64,000 nt of DNA from Tubiluchus corallicola (Eukaryota; Animalia; Priapulida), in NCBI GenBank assembly GCA_030141605.1, contig JAQGDQ010000761.1, positions 36,542 through 100,541 of the forward strand, read 5' to 3'. Each line of letters starts with the position of its first letter. Positions within the stretch are counted from its first letter, which is position 1. Made by a program: the position numbers and the translations under genes. The notes under the pieces were generated by a model that was not told the origin of the DNA, did not search any database, and saw only the letters and a program-made list of their open reading frames with translations. This document shows positions 37,161 through 49,285 of the stretch, one piece after another.

Positions 37161-38363
37161 CAGGGGGCGTATTAATCAATAGGTTAACTAGGCTATAGAC
37201 TAGGGTGCCAAAGTTTGAAGGCGTCACATTTTAGAAAAAATTCTTATTCTGCTCGAAAAATGTGTATACTTTTATATTCATGTAAAGCGTGCATTTTATA
37301 ACACACCACAGGCAATTACTCAGTACAGCTTATATACAAGTGCAACGTAACAAACAGGTGCAAGGTATTACACAACAAGCAGTTGCGCAGCGTACTTAAA
37401 TCTAAGCGCTGTGCAAATACATGCAATTAATAATGACCGTAAAGTCTTCATATGCCCTGGTTGAAACACTTGATTTTGTTAAAGTACCAATGCAATAAAT
37501 ATGTGTTTAATTTTATCGACTATTTACATTTTTATTTGTGTGAGCAGTTGTGTGGAATGGGGTCCTATCTTTGCTTTACCCGCTATATATAATGGTGTTA
37601 AGATGACCCTGGGTGCTCTTTGGACTTCTCAGTATAAATAATAGTGATTGGTTCCCAAATGCTCACAGTTACCTTTGAGTACTGATGCTGCTCATATTCT
37701 GAGCATTTCTAGATGCAGTACAGCTGCTCATAACTTTTTTCTTTCGGGTCTCTTATCTATGCTTTTCTGCATCAGTGAATTAGTTGATACACTCTCTCCT
37801 GCTTCAAGAAAAACGTTAACGGATGGTCAGATGTTGTACCTCCTATCATTAGCCTCCCCTCTTACCTTCAGCGGCCATTGACTTTGTTTTCAAGGACCAA
37901 TTATTAACTTTGCCCATATTTGGGCATCTCAAGAGCAGCTGTTAGCAGGGGTGTATTAACCAATAGGCTAACTAGACTATAGCTTAGAGCGCCAAAGTTT
38001 AAGGGCGTCACATTTTAGTCTTATTCTTCTTCTCGGAAAATGTGTATAGTTTCATAGTCATGTAAAGGGCGCATTTTATAACACACCACAGGCAGTTACT
38101 GAGATTAGCTTTTATATAAATGCCACATAACGAACAGGTGCAAGGTATTACACAACAAGCAGTTGCTCAACCTGCTTGAATATAAGTGCTATGCAAAAAC
38201 ATGAAATTAATAATGACTATGTAGAAATAATGACTATGTATTTTTAATACACCACAAGTAATTATTTATTCTGCAAATTACATAAACAACCAAAAATTCA
38301 CAACAGAGATGGTCGAGACAGAACTACCAGCCTAGGGGGTCCCAAAGTCTTGATACGCCTCTG
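37161..38363. mobile_element. Two related hAT-like MITE copies (~37161-37459 and ~37946-38363)
   Basis: Both start caggggg(c/t)gtattaa.caatagg.taactag and share ~270 bp; ends atatgccctg and atacgcctctg. Confidence 0.72.
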
Positions 38364-38482
38364 TTAACCCGACCTGTTTTTTGGTTTTCGACTTTCCTAA
38401 CACATTTTAGTTTACCATATGAGGTGTTTGAGTGAATTTGCTAAAATTATTAATGACTGCATGTCTTTCCCATGATGGTACA

Positions 38483-38762
38483 ATTAATTACATTTTGATA
38501 CCCGAATTGAAATACAGCATATGTGAAAAATTGGAGAACAGTCAGGATTTGAACCAGGGGCTCTTTTGTTTACAAGGCAGACATGTTAGATCACTAGACC
38601 ACCGCATGCCCCGACGATCAAGACAGCCCAAAGTTTATCCCTTTGGCCCATAGTGCTCTACGCTTAGGCCTTGTAAGTAACAGATCCCTGGTTCAAACCC
38701 AGGATGCACTCCAATATTTTCAGATTTCCTGTCTTTAGTTTTGGTATCAAAATTTAAATAAT
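38483..38762. mobile_element. Fold-back element made of two divergent tRNA-like units
   Basis: Imperfect inverted arms of ~120 bp. Each arm has an A-box-like motif, a ccttgtaa anticodon-loop-like motif, a B box ggttcaaa(t/c)cc, ctcca and a T-run. Confidence 0.6.
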
Positions 38763-39799
38763 GAGGCGTTCGAATAATAATTTACTGTGCAGACATGCTT
38801 GCAAAGCGATAAGTTTGGGTTTCTTCTTCAGTGGTTCGGCAGCTTTCTCAGAATTTAATACCTGAGAAGGCCACTCTCTGATCTATCGAGCAACGCAGAT
38901 ATAATTAATATCAATAATTACCGGACGCTTCTAATTAATTTTAGTAAAGTGTCATAAGCAGCTGTAGTAATGTCATCATATTTCATAGTATTTATAAGAA
39001 ACCCGGTTTTGATTATAATTACACGTGTGATTGTTACCTGGATTATTCATTATTTTAACACCTGCGGCTACTATTACTAACCCTCAGGTGTTTAATTAGG
39101 CTCGACATTCTCCGTAATCTCTTTTCAAAAGCAAACTACTTTTGCGTTATTATTGCTACAAAACATCTCGCCGGCAGGTTATAACGTCAGATAATTGTGT
39201 TTTGGCAATAACACTTGATAACAACATAAGTGCAAAAAACTAAAGTCTTCGCGCATGTGCAATGCGAGTTAAATTGTTACTTATATTCATTTAGAATTAG
39301 CAGCATCATAATAAAGATTGGTGACACCTGTTAGTAATGGGGGCGGCTCCAGAAACGGGTTGAGACCTTTTTTAAGCGAGCGAGCACCTTTAAATAAAAT
39401 AGACGGGTGGGTAATCCGGTCAGTTTAAAAAATCTAGCATTTCAGTGATTTTTGGAGAAGTTACGCTTGCCAACACATTCGCCAGTATGATGAATGCTTC
39501 AAGTGAAACCATGTAATTATATAGGGCAGACAGTGATCACTGTCTTTAGTACTAAATACCTGATGTGAACGGATGTTTGTGATCACGCGTTGAGTCACAT
39601 AACTGCTAGCCCATAACTGACCTTCTCCGGTGTAACAATTTTGTTTGTGTTAAAGAGAATTAGACTAAACATAACTTTATAAATAGTTTTGCATTGAAGT
39701 GATAAAATGATGCGTTAATGCAGCAATCTGACCTTCAACGTTGACTGATTAATATCAAATATAGTTGATAAAGTTTTCAGTTTTGTTTACATACTAAAT

Positions 39800-42700
39800 A
39801 TGGTACAAGCTCAGAAGGCAACTACTTCAGCCGTAGAAACGGTAATCATTGGAGCAATGACAACAGTGTTCACTATATATTTAGCCCTTCGTTTTCTTTT
39901 GATTGGCGAGGAGTCCTCAAGGAAACCTCCAGCTTTAACAGGCACCAGATATCAAGCAGGAAATACTATCGGTGGGCAGGAATCATCCAAACGTGGTATT
40001 AGATGCAGCACAGGGAGAGAGTTAGTGAGGGGAATCCTGGCAGGAAGTCGATGCAGTAATCCACTTCCAGAGGTCAACAGAAAACAGTATAATTACACCG
40101 AGAATGATACGGTAACATCATCACCTGTAGTGGACAGTTTAAGTCAATGTCAGAAATCGACTGTTAGTAGTATGGAAGAGGAAAGCACTGCAGCAAAGTT
40201 GCCCGTTACGTGTCAGAAAACTACAGCTTACTCTGTTAAAAACACATACACAGTTTTATTACTGAAGCAGCGTCAGCGTGGTAATGATGGTGCAATGAGT
40301 ATTAGAGAAACTAACGCACTCTTGCCGGAAAAAGAAGCTAGAAATCATAGCTGGTTGCTTGTTGACGTAACAAAAAACAAGGATGAGACTTCTACAAAGT
40401 GTGTTGGTGTTGGTGATGATGCCGGTGACAGCAAACTAAATCACGAAAGCGAAGAACCAAACGCGGGCAAAGTTTCAACTCTATTTGAAAACAGGTCTTT
40501 TAGTAGTGATGATGATGATGATACTCTCCTAGACACCATAACAGAAGAAAATAGTGAGGATTTACGCAGCATGCTTTCTGACAAAGATTCTAGTTTGGAC
40601 TCAGAATGTACACACAAAAGTGTCTTTTCAACAGCGGTGTTAGTTGACGCTACAAGACATGAAAGCGAAAGCTTTTCTCCCATCTTTAATCGAGTCGTAT
40701 CTCAGGTACCTTACAAGTTTATACAACCAGACCGAAAAAATCATTCCATGCCAATCGGCTTTCCTCCTGCAGTGTCCTTGAACAATGGTAACTGGTTTAC
40801 TAAGCAGAGAAATCAATGTTCTTCCATGGATAGGCCATTGAAAGTGAAAATATACGACAGCTTGAACAGTGCTTACTGTCAAACCGGTTACCAAAGAGAC
40901 AAATTTGCTTCACCTGCATATACGTCTTCCTCTACACCAACACTCTCAAAAATTCCGGATATTGGGCAGTGGACAGTGACTACAAACTTTTTTATTCCAC
41001 ATCCACAAAGAGTTAAAAAAGTAAACTATTGCAGCATCATGCAGGGTTCAGAAGATTTCAACAAATCAACAAACTCAAAATTGCTTAATGTGAATGATGA
41101 AATAGAGCCAAAAACTGTGAAAGAATTACCCAAAAGCAATGTTTATGCTACAAATAAATACATGGAGGTTCCACATAACGAAGATTCAATATTTGCCTTA
41201 ACACCAAGGAGAACCAAGCAGCTTGAAGCACGTAAAAAATTTTTTCAAGAAGGCGGACTTGATGTATCTCACGACAGCATTATATCTAGTGTTGCTGCTT
41301 TTGATGAATACCTAGCCGAAGAGCGGAGGAAGTCGCGTAGCTTGAGTCAGCTTCATTTGAACGAATTGCAACATGAAAAGCTCAACAGTACTAAATCACT
41401 GTCTCATCTGGACACTTTTCAAGATTCTCAGTTTGTTGATCGTCCCTTGTCATTGAGACTATACGATTACAGAAGCATCTCACCATTGTTAGCTGATAAG
41501 CACTATTGGTCGCCAAGATACATGACTTGTCCTAATGTCTCCTCTTTGCCACAGTTTACCGACAATGTCAATGATACGTTAGGTTATGCACACCAACAAA
41601 CGAACACCGTTGAAAACACAATTTTGAGGTCATCACATTTTCCGTCTAAGGCAAAAAGTCTGGATAATCTTGGACAAGAAAACGAACTTCTTGAAAATCT
41701 CCTGCAGAAGGAATCACTGCTAGGAAAGGAAAACCTGCCACATCAGTCCGAAAAAGTAACCAGGCCTATTCCCAAACAAAGAAAAAGTTTACTTGCACAA
41801 AGGCAGGATGAGGAACAACCAAAGAAGTGTGTAAACATAGACGATAACAAAGTTGAAATTGCATTTATTCCCATTAACGAACTGGACAAAAGTGAAATAG
41901 AACACAATGCTGAGAAAAAGAACAAGCCGAGAAAGCAAATGCCATTCCAGTTCATCAAAAAGAAACCACTAGTGCTTCCCAAAGTAAAGTTATTTGCCAA
42001 GAAAGCTGTTACAGAAAGCGGGGTGACAAACAGTGTGTCACCAAAAAATGTCGTGTGCAAGGATACCACTACTGTGCCTAGATTGTTAGATCCCACTTCT
42101 AAAGATCTGAAGTCAAAGGCTTCCCTAAAGCCTTATCTTGAAACAGACATTGATGCTGTAGCGGTACCGAATGACAGGCATAATGCTGAAAAGCAGTCTT
42201 CGGCGACCAAGAACAAACACAAATGGTCATCTGATTCACTGACAGCAGTGGAAAATAAATCCACTATATGCCAAGAAAATGTGAGACGCCGCTTAGACTT
42301 TTCGTGTAGCAGTGACAATATGCGAGGCTTTTGGCGCAATGATAACCATGCTGATAATTCTGAAAAGGATATTAGTCTACTACAGCAATTAGAAAGTCAA
42401 CAGGAAAATAAAAGTAACATTGGCAGATCTCCAGAATGGCAACATGAAGGGGACACTCAGTTCAGAAACAGAAGAAGTCTTAATGAAAACGGAGCAACTG
42501 CTTTGCGCAAAAACCATCTGAAGAAAGGAGAAAAGACGATCATTAATTTGACTTTGAAAAGAAGTGGCCAGTTTGGTCATCACAATGCAGACAAAGTCCT
42601 GCCGGAAAATTTCTTGCAACATTCTTGTGATCTAGATGTGACATTTGAGGAAGCATTTGATCAAATGCTAGGCATTGAGCCAAGTTTGTGCACTGACATC

Positions 42701-43522
42701 CCAGAGAACAGTCGGTTTTACAGTTGTAGAGCAACATCTAAATTTGCTGAGCAGAACCGATCATTGGCAAGCTTGATAGATGTAGAGAAGAAAGACTTTG
42801 CAAACTTGAAAAACCTAAATAAAGAGACAAGTAAAAGCATTGGTAACATGAATGCTAGTTCATGGTCCATAAACAACATGAGTAACATTGAATGTACTGA
42901 TGAGACAGCTTGGAGGGAAGCTGTATGTAATCCGCAGTACGTTAGCAAGCTATTAAATGTGAACAACATCTACATTCGTTGCCGAAGTTGCAGTTCCGTG
43001 CAAAATTTCAGCGACGCTCAAAAATCATTTAAAACGTGTTCAAATTGTTATACCTACTACTGCTCCCAACTTTGTCAGTTTGAACATTGGCCAAGCCATG
43101 CTCAAAAGTGCAATTATGGTCGCGTTAATTCATTATGTCGTCGAGTTCTTTTGCATGCTAATGACGAAGAGTCAGTTTTACGTCGTCTGTCATTTATCGC
43201 GTTCAACTGTTACAAGAAACGTGGACGTGGCTGCGTCGTCTTGGAGTTTCATAGCTCTCATTCTGCACAAAGATTTCTTGATCGTGGGCTAACGTCATTG
43301 TTGTCACCACCCCATTACGAAACCGTTGGGGAACTGGTCGAAGAAAACAGCGGACTTTACTTCAGGACTTTAATGGTCATGTGCAGCCGGTACGAACCAG
43401 TGACGCACTTTGTCCTGAATGTTAGCATCAGCCCACGACAGGCCAGAGGATTTGCTGCTGGCAGTTACTTCCGTGGAGCATATGTTAAAAAGTGTATAAA
43501 GCTAAAGCTCTTGTTTAACTAA
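39800..43522 (+). CDS. AJM1: Apical junction component 1 (AJM1/C9orf172)-like protein, single coding exon, C-terminal MYND-type zinc finger
   Basis: 1240-aa ORF. The C-terminus FKTCSNCYTYYCSQLCQFEHWPSHAQKCNYGRVNSLCRRVL..RGRGCVVLEF..YEPVTHFVLNVSI matches AJM1 [64 protein letters not shown] as recalled. Long low-complexity middle region; acceptor-like ttttcag at 39780 upstream of the ATG. Confidence 0.85.
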   Translation: MVQAQKATTSAVETVIIGAMTTVFTIYLALRFLLIGEESSRKPPALTGTRYQAGNTIGGQESSKRGIRCSTGRELVRGILAGSRCSNPLPEVNRKQYNYTENDTVTSSPVVDSLSQCQKSTVSSMEEESTAAKLPVTCQKTTAYSVKNTYTVLLLKQRQRGNDGAMSIRETNALLPEKEARNHSWLLVDVTKNKDETSTKCVGVGDDAGDSKLNHESEEPNAGKVSTLFENRSFSSDDDDDTLLDTITEENSEDLRSMLSDKDSSLDSECTHKSVFSTAVLVDATRHESESFSPIFNRVVSQVPYKFIQPDRKNHSMPIGFPPAVSLNNGNWFTKQRNQCSSMDRPLKVKIYDSLNSAYCQTGYQRDKFASPAYTSSSTPTLSKIPDIGQWTVTTNFFIPHPQRVKKVNYCSIMQGSEDFNKSTNSKLLNVNDEIEPKTVKELPKSNVYATNKYMEVPHNEDSIFALTPRRTKQLEARKKFFQEGGLDVSHDSIISSVAAFDEYLAEERRKSRSLSQLHLNELQHEKLNSTKSLSHLDTFQDSQFVDRPLSLRLYDYRSISPLLADKHYWSPRYMTCPNVSSLPQFTDNVNDTLGYAHQQTNTVENTILRSSHFPSKAKSLDNLGQENELLENLLQKESLLGKENLPHQSEKVTRPIPKQRKSLLAQRQDEEQPKKCVNIDDNKVEIAFIPINELDKSEIEHNAEKKNKPRKQMPFQFIKKKPLVLPKVKLFAKKAVTESGVTNSVSPKNVVCKDTTTVPRLLDPTSKDLKSKASLKPYLETDIDAVAVPNDRHNAEKQSSATKNKHKWSSDSLTAVENKSTICQENVRRRLDFSCSSDNMRGFWRNDNHADNSEKDISLLQQLESQQENKSNIGRSPEWQHEGDTQFRNRRSLNENGATALRKNHLKKGEKTIINLTLKRSGQFGHHNADKVLPENFLQHSCDLDVTFEEAFDQMLGIEPSLCTDIPENSRFYSCRATSKFAEQNRSLASLIDVEKKDFANLKNLNKETSKSIGNMNASSWSINNMSNIECTDETAWREAVCNPQYVSKLLNVNNIYIRCRSCSSVQNFSDAQKSFKTCSNCYTYYCSQLCQFEHWPSHAQKCNYGRVNSLCRRVLLHANDEESVLRRLSFIAFNCYKKRGRGCVVLEFHSSHSAQRFLDRGLTSLLSPPHYETVGELVEENSGLYFRTLMVMCSRYEPVTHFVLNVSISPRQARGFAAGSYFRGAYVKKCIKLKLLFN

Positions 43523-43579
43523 AAGTGGTCACTTAGTGTAGACACCACCATGTAAAATGTCAAATTATTATTATATAAT

Positions 43580-44072
43580 CTTCTTCTTCCCAGCTTTTCC
43601 CTATTCGGGGTCGCCGTTGTGAATGAGTCTTCTCCACACATTCCTGTTGTTGACCATCTCTTCATTTATGTCTTCCCTTCCCACATGATCTTCACCGACT
43701 CTTCTTTTCAGGTGTCCATACCATCGCAATCTTGCGAGGCTTCCACTACTTTTACCGTTCCTCTGATATTATTATTTCTAATTTTATCTCTTCTTGTTAT
43801 TCCCACCATCCATCTCAATATCCTCATCTCCACCACACCCATTTTCTTCTCTTCGGTCTTCTTTAGAGAAGCTGCTTCCAGCACCTAGATTAGAGCGGGT
43901 CTGACCACTTCTTTGTGGACTTTCCCTTTAAGTCTCACCGACTCATTCATAGAAGGTTTTGGCGCAGTTTTTACAGGCGGATGCCCTTCCTGACCCTAAC
44001 CCTCCCTATTTATCCGGGCTTGGGACCGGCACTGAGTTTGGCTGGCTTGCCCCCCCCCCCAGTGGCTAGGTT
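43580..44072 (-). mobile_element. Internally deleted RTE-clade (Expander/Rex3-like) retroposon just 3' of AJM1
   Basis: Perfect 18-bp TSD aaattattattatataat. On the minus strand: a 5'-UTR-like gtgccggtcccaagcccggataaatagggaggg..gaagggcatcc, a coding remnant RLKGKVHKEVVRPAL..EMRILRWMVGITRRDKIRN..RLRWYGH, and the tail ggcgaccccgaatagggaaaagctgg(gaa)n. Confidence 0.88.
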
Positions 44073-46699
44073 AAATTATTATTATATAATACAGGTGATG
44101 AAATAGAAATGCGATGCATTTTGTGTGAAACTGCGTTAGTGTGGCTTAAATTCGTTTTTCAAGAATTAATGTAATTACCATCTTGCTAGTATCCTGGTAA
44201 CATGACCGATTTTTGGAACGTAATGATAAAACATTTTATGCAAGTTTTTTCAAATGTCTGTCACAAGAATGCGTGGGACGTGTATTTGCATTAACCCGAC
44301 AACCCGTTTTGCTGACACTTCCAAATAAATTCCTGGATCAGTCAGCAAATCGTTCTGGTTTGTTAAAAACGTGTATGTATTTCGTTTCAGGCGTATGTAA
44401 TTTGGCATACGTATTTCACAAACTTGTTTATTTGTTGTTAATGGCTGTAGTGGCGCTGACACCACTGGCATAACAGGGTCTAGTTTTTTGCCAGATTAAC
44501 TGCTGGGTTTGTTTGCCTTGAGTGCAAATTTTATGCCTGTATGTCTGTAATGGAGGTAATAGATGTATGATGATGATGATGATGATGTGTTGTCTTTTCC
44601 CTGTCCAAATATTGATTTTTGATGACCAAAATAAGCAGAAATTGCATTACCAGTAAACATATTCATACATTTTTGTGTCTGGACATTCATACATATACTG
44701 ATATGCAATGTGTCGGCCAATCATTATTTTTGGAACAGAAATTGAAACTGGGAGCCTGTTGTAGCAATTTTATTTGAACACGAATCACTGAAAAATACGT
44801 TTGGAAAAATATCGGTTCACGGGTGATTATTCTTGCAACCCTTTCCAATTTCTCTGAATTTTGCCCCGTTTTCATCCTTTTCCCTGACTTTTTACCAAAC
44901 TATCTTTTTCCCTGACTTTCCATGGTAGTCTGTATTTTAAAGGATTTTCCCTGACCGTAGGAACCCTGTAAGCTACTTACGTGGCGCAAATTATTTCGCT
45001 GTTGGTGAAACATCATATTGCTAGCATGCATGCAAATCAGGTATATTATAAGACACGGCAAGGCACTTCATAACTAACACTGGCCCTAGACTTTGGAATA
45101 ACATCAACGAATACATAAAAAATCTTTATCTATAAATAACTTCAAAAGAAATCTTAAAAGTGAAATCTTTTCTAATTATACAGAATAAATCAATTTGATT
45201 AATTATGCTGCTGTCCCTGTCGGAATCCATTGCGTTGCTGACTATGTCAATTTTTTACATTTCCATAGTTCATGTTACTTAATACAGATACCATCACATC
45301 TTTCTCCTTGTTTCTATTCACTATTAACCTTCTACTCTTTCACTGCTCTTTTCTATTACACTCAGTCCACATTCATTTGGGGGTGCTCTAAACAAGTAAA
45401 TACTTCTTGAGTACCCCACGGGTCGTTTGCGGCTTGGCATCTTGTGTACATAATAATAAATGTTATTAAATACTTGTATTTACAATGCTGTGATGATCGT
45501 TGTGGATATATATAATAAATAAGAAAAATAAGCAGCTAGAATCCTTAGATTAGAAAGTAATTAGTTAGCCTGCTTTTAGCTGTATTATTTTAAGGCCAGC
45601 GTCATTCTGTGCTTTAGTTATTGCTTTCTCAATACTAATGTTAATTTATCAAATATATCGTGTGTTTGTTATGGGGGCACTAAACAAGCTTTTTAATGAA
45701 ATCAGTCTAGCTTCATTCATTGGCTTAATGATATTTGTGCCCAAAAATGTCTAAAAACCATTTTATCTATATTCGGCAAAGGAATGCATACTAGGTGACT
45801 TTATAGTCTTTTCGCTAATCCTTTCTCTAGTTCTATCTATACATTTTAACCATTCTTCAAAGCTTATTAGCGATTCTTTTATTAATCATGTTTTATTGTA
45901 GTATTATAAAGATAAATAAAATTGAATTGAATTGAATTGTGCACTTACGTTTTGTTTGAACAATATTGTTGTTCTCAAACAATGTCACGTGCTATAGTAT
46001 TGTACATTAAACACAATCTTAAAAAAAAGTCCAGCGATTGAGAAATGAGTGGTACTTCTCACCTGTAAGGACCGTTCGTGCAGTGACTAATGTTTCTTTC
46101 GAGTGGTTGAAACATGTCAGCAGCCATATCAAAGCAATCCATGCCTAACAGGAACTAAAAGTATAAGACAACCAGTTGTTTGTGATCTTTCCTATTGCAG
46201 CATACGCCCGGGGGGTGAGCATCGAGCGTTCAAGTTCGAATTGGACTCGAACCTAAAATTACAGATTCGGCACTTCAGCCACGTATGTTCTTTGTCACTA
46301 AAATGTTTGAAATAGCGTGCAAATGGTACAATTTAGCTGCAGTTTCTGTGCAAAATTTTTAACAAACTAAAAGTGGTTTTACTGCAGAACAAAATCAAGT
46401 AACGTGCATGATCTTTGTAAGACAACTTTTTACTAGTGGTTCGAAAATCTTTCAAACTCAATTCGGATTCGAAACACCGAAATTCGATTCGAATTCGCTT
46501 CCTGTTAGAGAATGCTCACCCCCAGTTATAACAGCTGGTGATTTTTTACTTGAATTCAAGATTTTGACCCAAACCCCGGTTGAACATTATGACGTCTTAT
46601 TGCCACGTTCTTATTATTATGTATGCCAATTTTTGCATATGTGTGCTCGCAAACCGAGACCATTCATAAGTCCACATAGTTAAAAGTATGATGCTTCAA

Positions 46700-47286
46700 A
46701 GTAGAATGCACAAAAAACTTGGACAATTGTCAATTTTTTTTAGAAAAACAAACACTAAATATATTCGACTTTAACATTCTAGCATCAAATTATCAAGAAA
46801 GTGTTAAAAAATACTAAAAATTTAATTTTATAACCCAGTATCCACTTTTCTGGTTAGAAATTAGCACTGCAATTGTAAAAAACTCGTATTTTCAAACTCT
46901 GAGAGCAGCTCGTGGAAACAGCCATTTTGCTTCGGGTTTTTTCTGTTGTCAAGCCCAGATCTTCGTCTGGAAGAGCCATCTACTGGACTTAAACATCAGT
47001 GTATTCTTGCAAAGTCCGTAGCAACCAACATTTGTACGGTTGCTAAGTGTTTTGTTGAAACGCGACAAAAACAATGGCTGACTTTAACAGAGATTTTCTC
47101 AAGGTTATGTTTTTCTCTGTGCAGCCTGTATCTCAACTTCAACGTGGATTATCTTAGCTTAGAAATAACATAGAGTGATGAGCTTGGTATCAAAATGATT
47201 CTCATGAAATGGAGATTCAGGATATGTGAATAACTAGAAAAGCTTAATTGCCGACTTATGGATGTTTTTGCTATGCAAGCACACAT
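46700..47286 (+). mobile_element. Interspersed repeat family C, long copy
   Basis: Reverse complement of ~56682-57230. Confidence 0.78.
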
Positions 47287-48520
47287 ATTTGCTCACAAGT
47301 TTATTACCACCGGTACGCCTGTACATTGGTTTTATCATAATTCTATCATTTATTATATAGAAAGAAACAACATGTTATTAAAAATGCAAAGGTTCTACAA
47401 AATTAGGTTCGATGTGGTTCGCTACAAAACCTACGACGCTATAAATGTTCAACTACACATAACAACATAGTTCGATTCACCTAATAACAAAGCGTAAATT
47501 CGTTATCAAAAAAAGTAACAATAACAGTATCACTATAGGATGGACTTCGAGTTCTGCTTTAAGCTAAAGTTCAACAATTATAACTCTACGTAGCATAATT
47601 ATAACAGTATTGCATAAATGCCATAATTAATATTACTGCGTGGTTCGACTAGCTTCTTACGACAACAAAAACAAAAACTGCATTTAGCAGTTAATACCCT
47701 GAAAACGAATGCTGCAAAACTGCTACAGTAACGCTGAGAAAATAATCACAAATTCCTTTTGAAGGATCCTGCCTCTCTACGCAGTTGTTAAGTAATTTAC
47801 CTAAACTTATCTTTACGATCAACAAGGAACAGAGAAACTGGATAAAAATGCCTGAGGCAACTCACCTAATTTTATGCCTAAATTACCGAATAATGCATGC
47901 AAAAACATTCACCGAAAATTCTTAAAAGTGCAACTTATTCGTCATAACAGAGTACCAAAAAAAAAACACTATAAATGTACTATAACATGATTCAGTGAAC
48001 TAGATGACCTTCATCTTGCCTGAAATTAAACTAATTCAAAAGTCACTTACTCAAAAATCATTACTAATCAGCTAATATTTGTATAAGTTTTAATGAAACG
48101 ACCACAAAATTAAATTACCGATTGACTTTCTAAACAGCTTAATTTAGTCTGTGTCCTAATTTTAGTAATTTACTTCTGATTAGACTTGCAATCAACTTCA
48201 CTTCATACATCGCTAAATACTAGTGGTGACCATCGCATCACACGGGTATGATTTCAACACGAATGCCAAAACTTGACAAACTCGAACTTTTGCCTCACAC
48301 GGTACCAAAAAATGTCAAAAAAATCTCTCTGTCTCTGTTGGTACAAATGTGTTTGCGTCATACATAAACAAATGCACGCAATATAAAAATGTTGCTGTGC
48401 CCTCGCGTACATTACCCGATCAAACGGCAATTCCGAATGCCGAGTACGCTATCTAGTTGTTAAAAATGTCAAAGAGGCAGCACCAATTAATTTTTTTAAA
48501 TCAGCTACAGATGGCGTTGG

Positions 48521-48815
48521 TTATCTGCTTGCCGTTTCGACGTCATTTTCTGCAGCTTCATCCGTCTTGTCGCTGGCGTCGTCGCTGACCGAATCGACTT
48601 GCATCTCGGAGGGCGACGCACAAACCGCATCCTGCACCGGGCTGGCTTCATCTGGATTCTGCGAAGCATCCGTGGCTTCAGCGGCGTCCTTATTGTCGTC
48701 GCTTACCTTGTCGGAGTCTGCAACATCAGCACCAAGTGCACCTGCCTTGGTGAGAGTTATGCCTTCTACCTGATGAAGTTCAAATTCTCTTCGAAAGACT
48801 TCAATATCTTTTTGG
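48521..48815 (-). CDS. CLUH: CLUH last coding exon (acidic tail, stop)
   Basis: ttttag|..QKDIEVFRREFELHQ..DVETASR*; phase matches the previous exon. Confidence 0.85.
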
Positions 48816-48907
48816 CTAAAATACAAAATACGTCTTGTACTAGATATAAAAAGTATTCACTTGTGTATAAGAAATCAAAATGCAAGTGTTATAAAGAATG
48901 GGAGATG

Positions 48908-48965
48908 TAATAATAATAACAGCAACAGCAGCAATAATGATAATAATTAATAATAATAATAATAT

Positions 48966-49001
<36 letters not shown>

Positions 49002-49285
49002 TTTAATAATAATAATAATAGCAACAGCAGCAGCAACAACAACAACAATGATAATAATAGCAACAGCAGCAGCAACAGCAACAACAACAACAACAATAAT
49101 AATAATAATAATAATAATAATATTTAATAATAATAATAATAATAGCAACAGCAGCAGCAACAACAACAACAATAATGATAATAATAATAATAATAATAAT
49201 AATAATAGCAACAGCAGCAGCAGCAACAACAACAACAATAATAATAATAATTAATATTAATAATAATAATATTTAATAATAATAA
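48908..49285. repeat. Compound (AAT)/(AAC)/(AGC) microsatellite in the last CLUH intron
   Basis: Directly visible. Confidence 0.97.
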
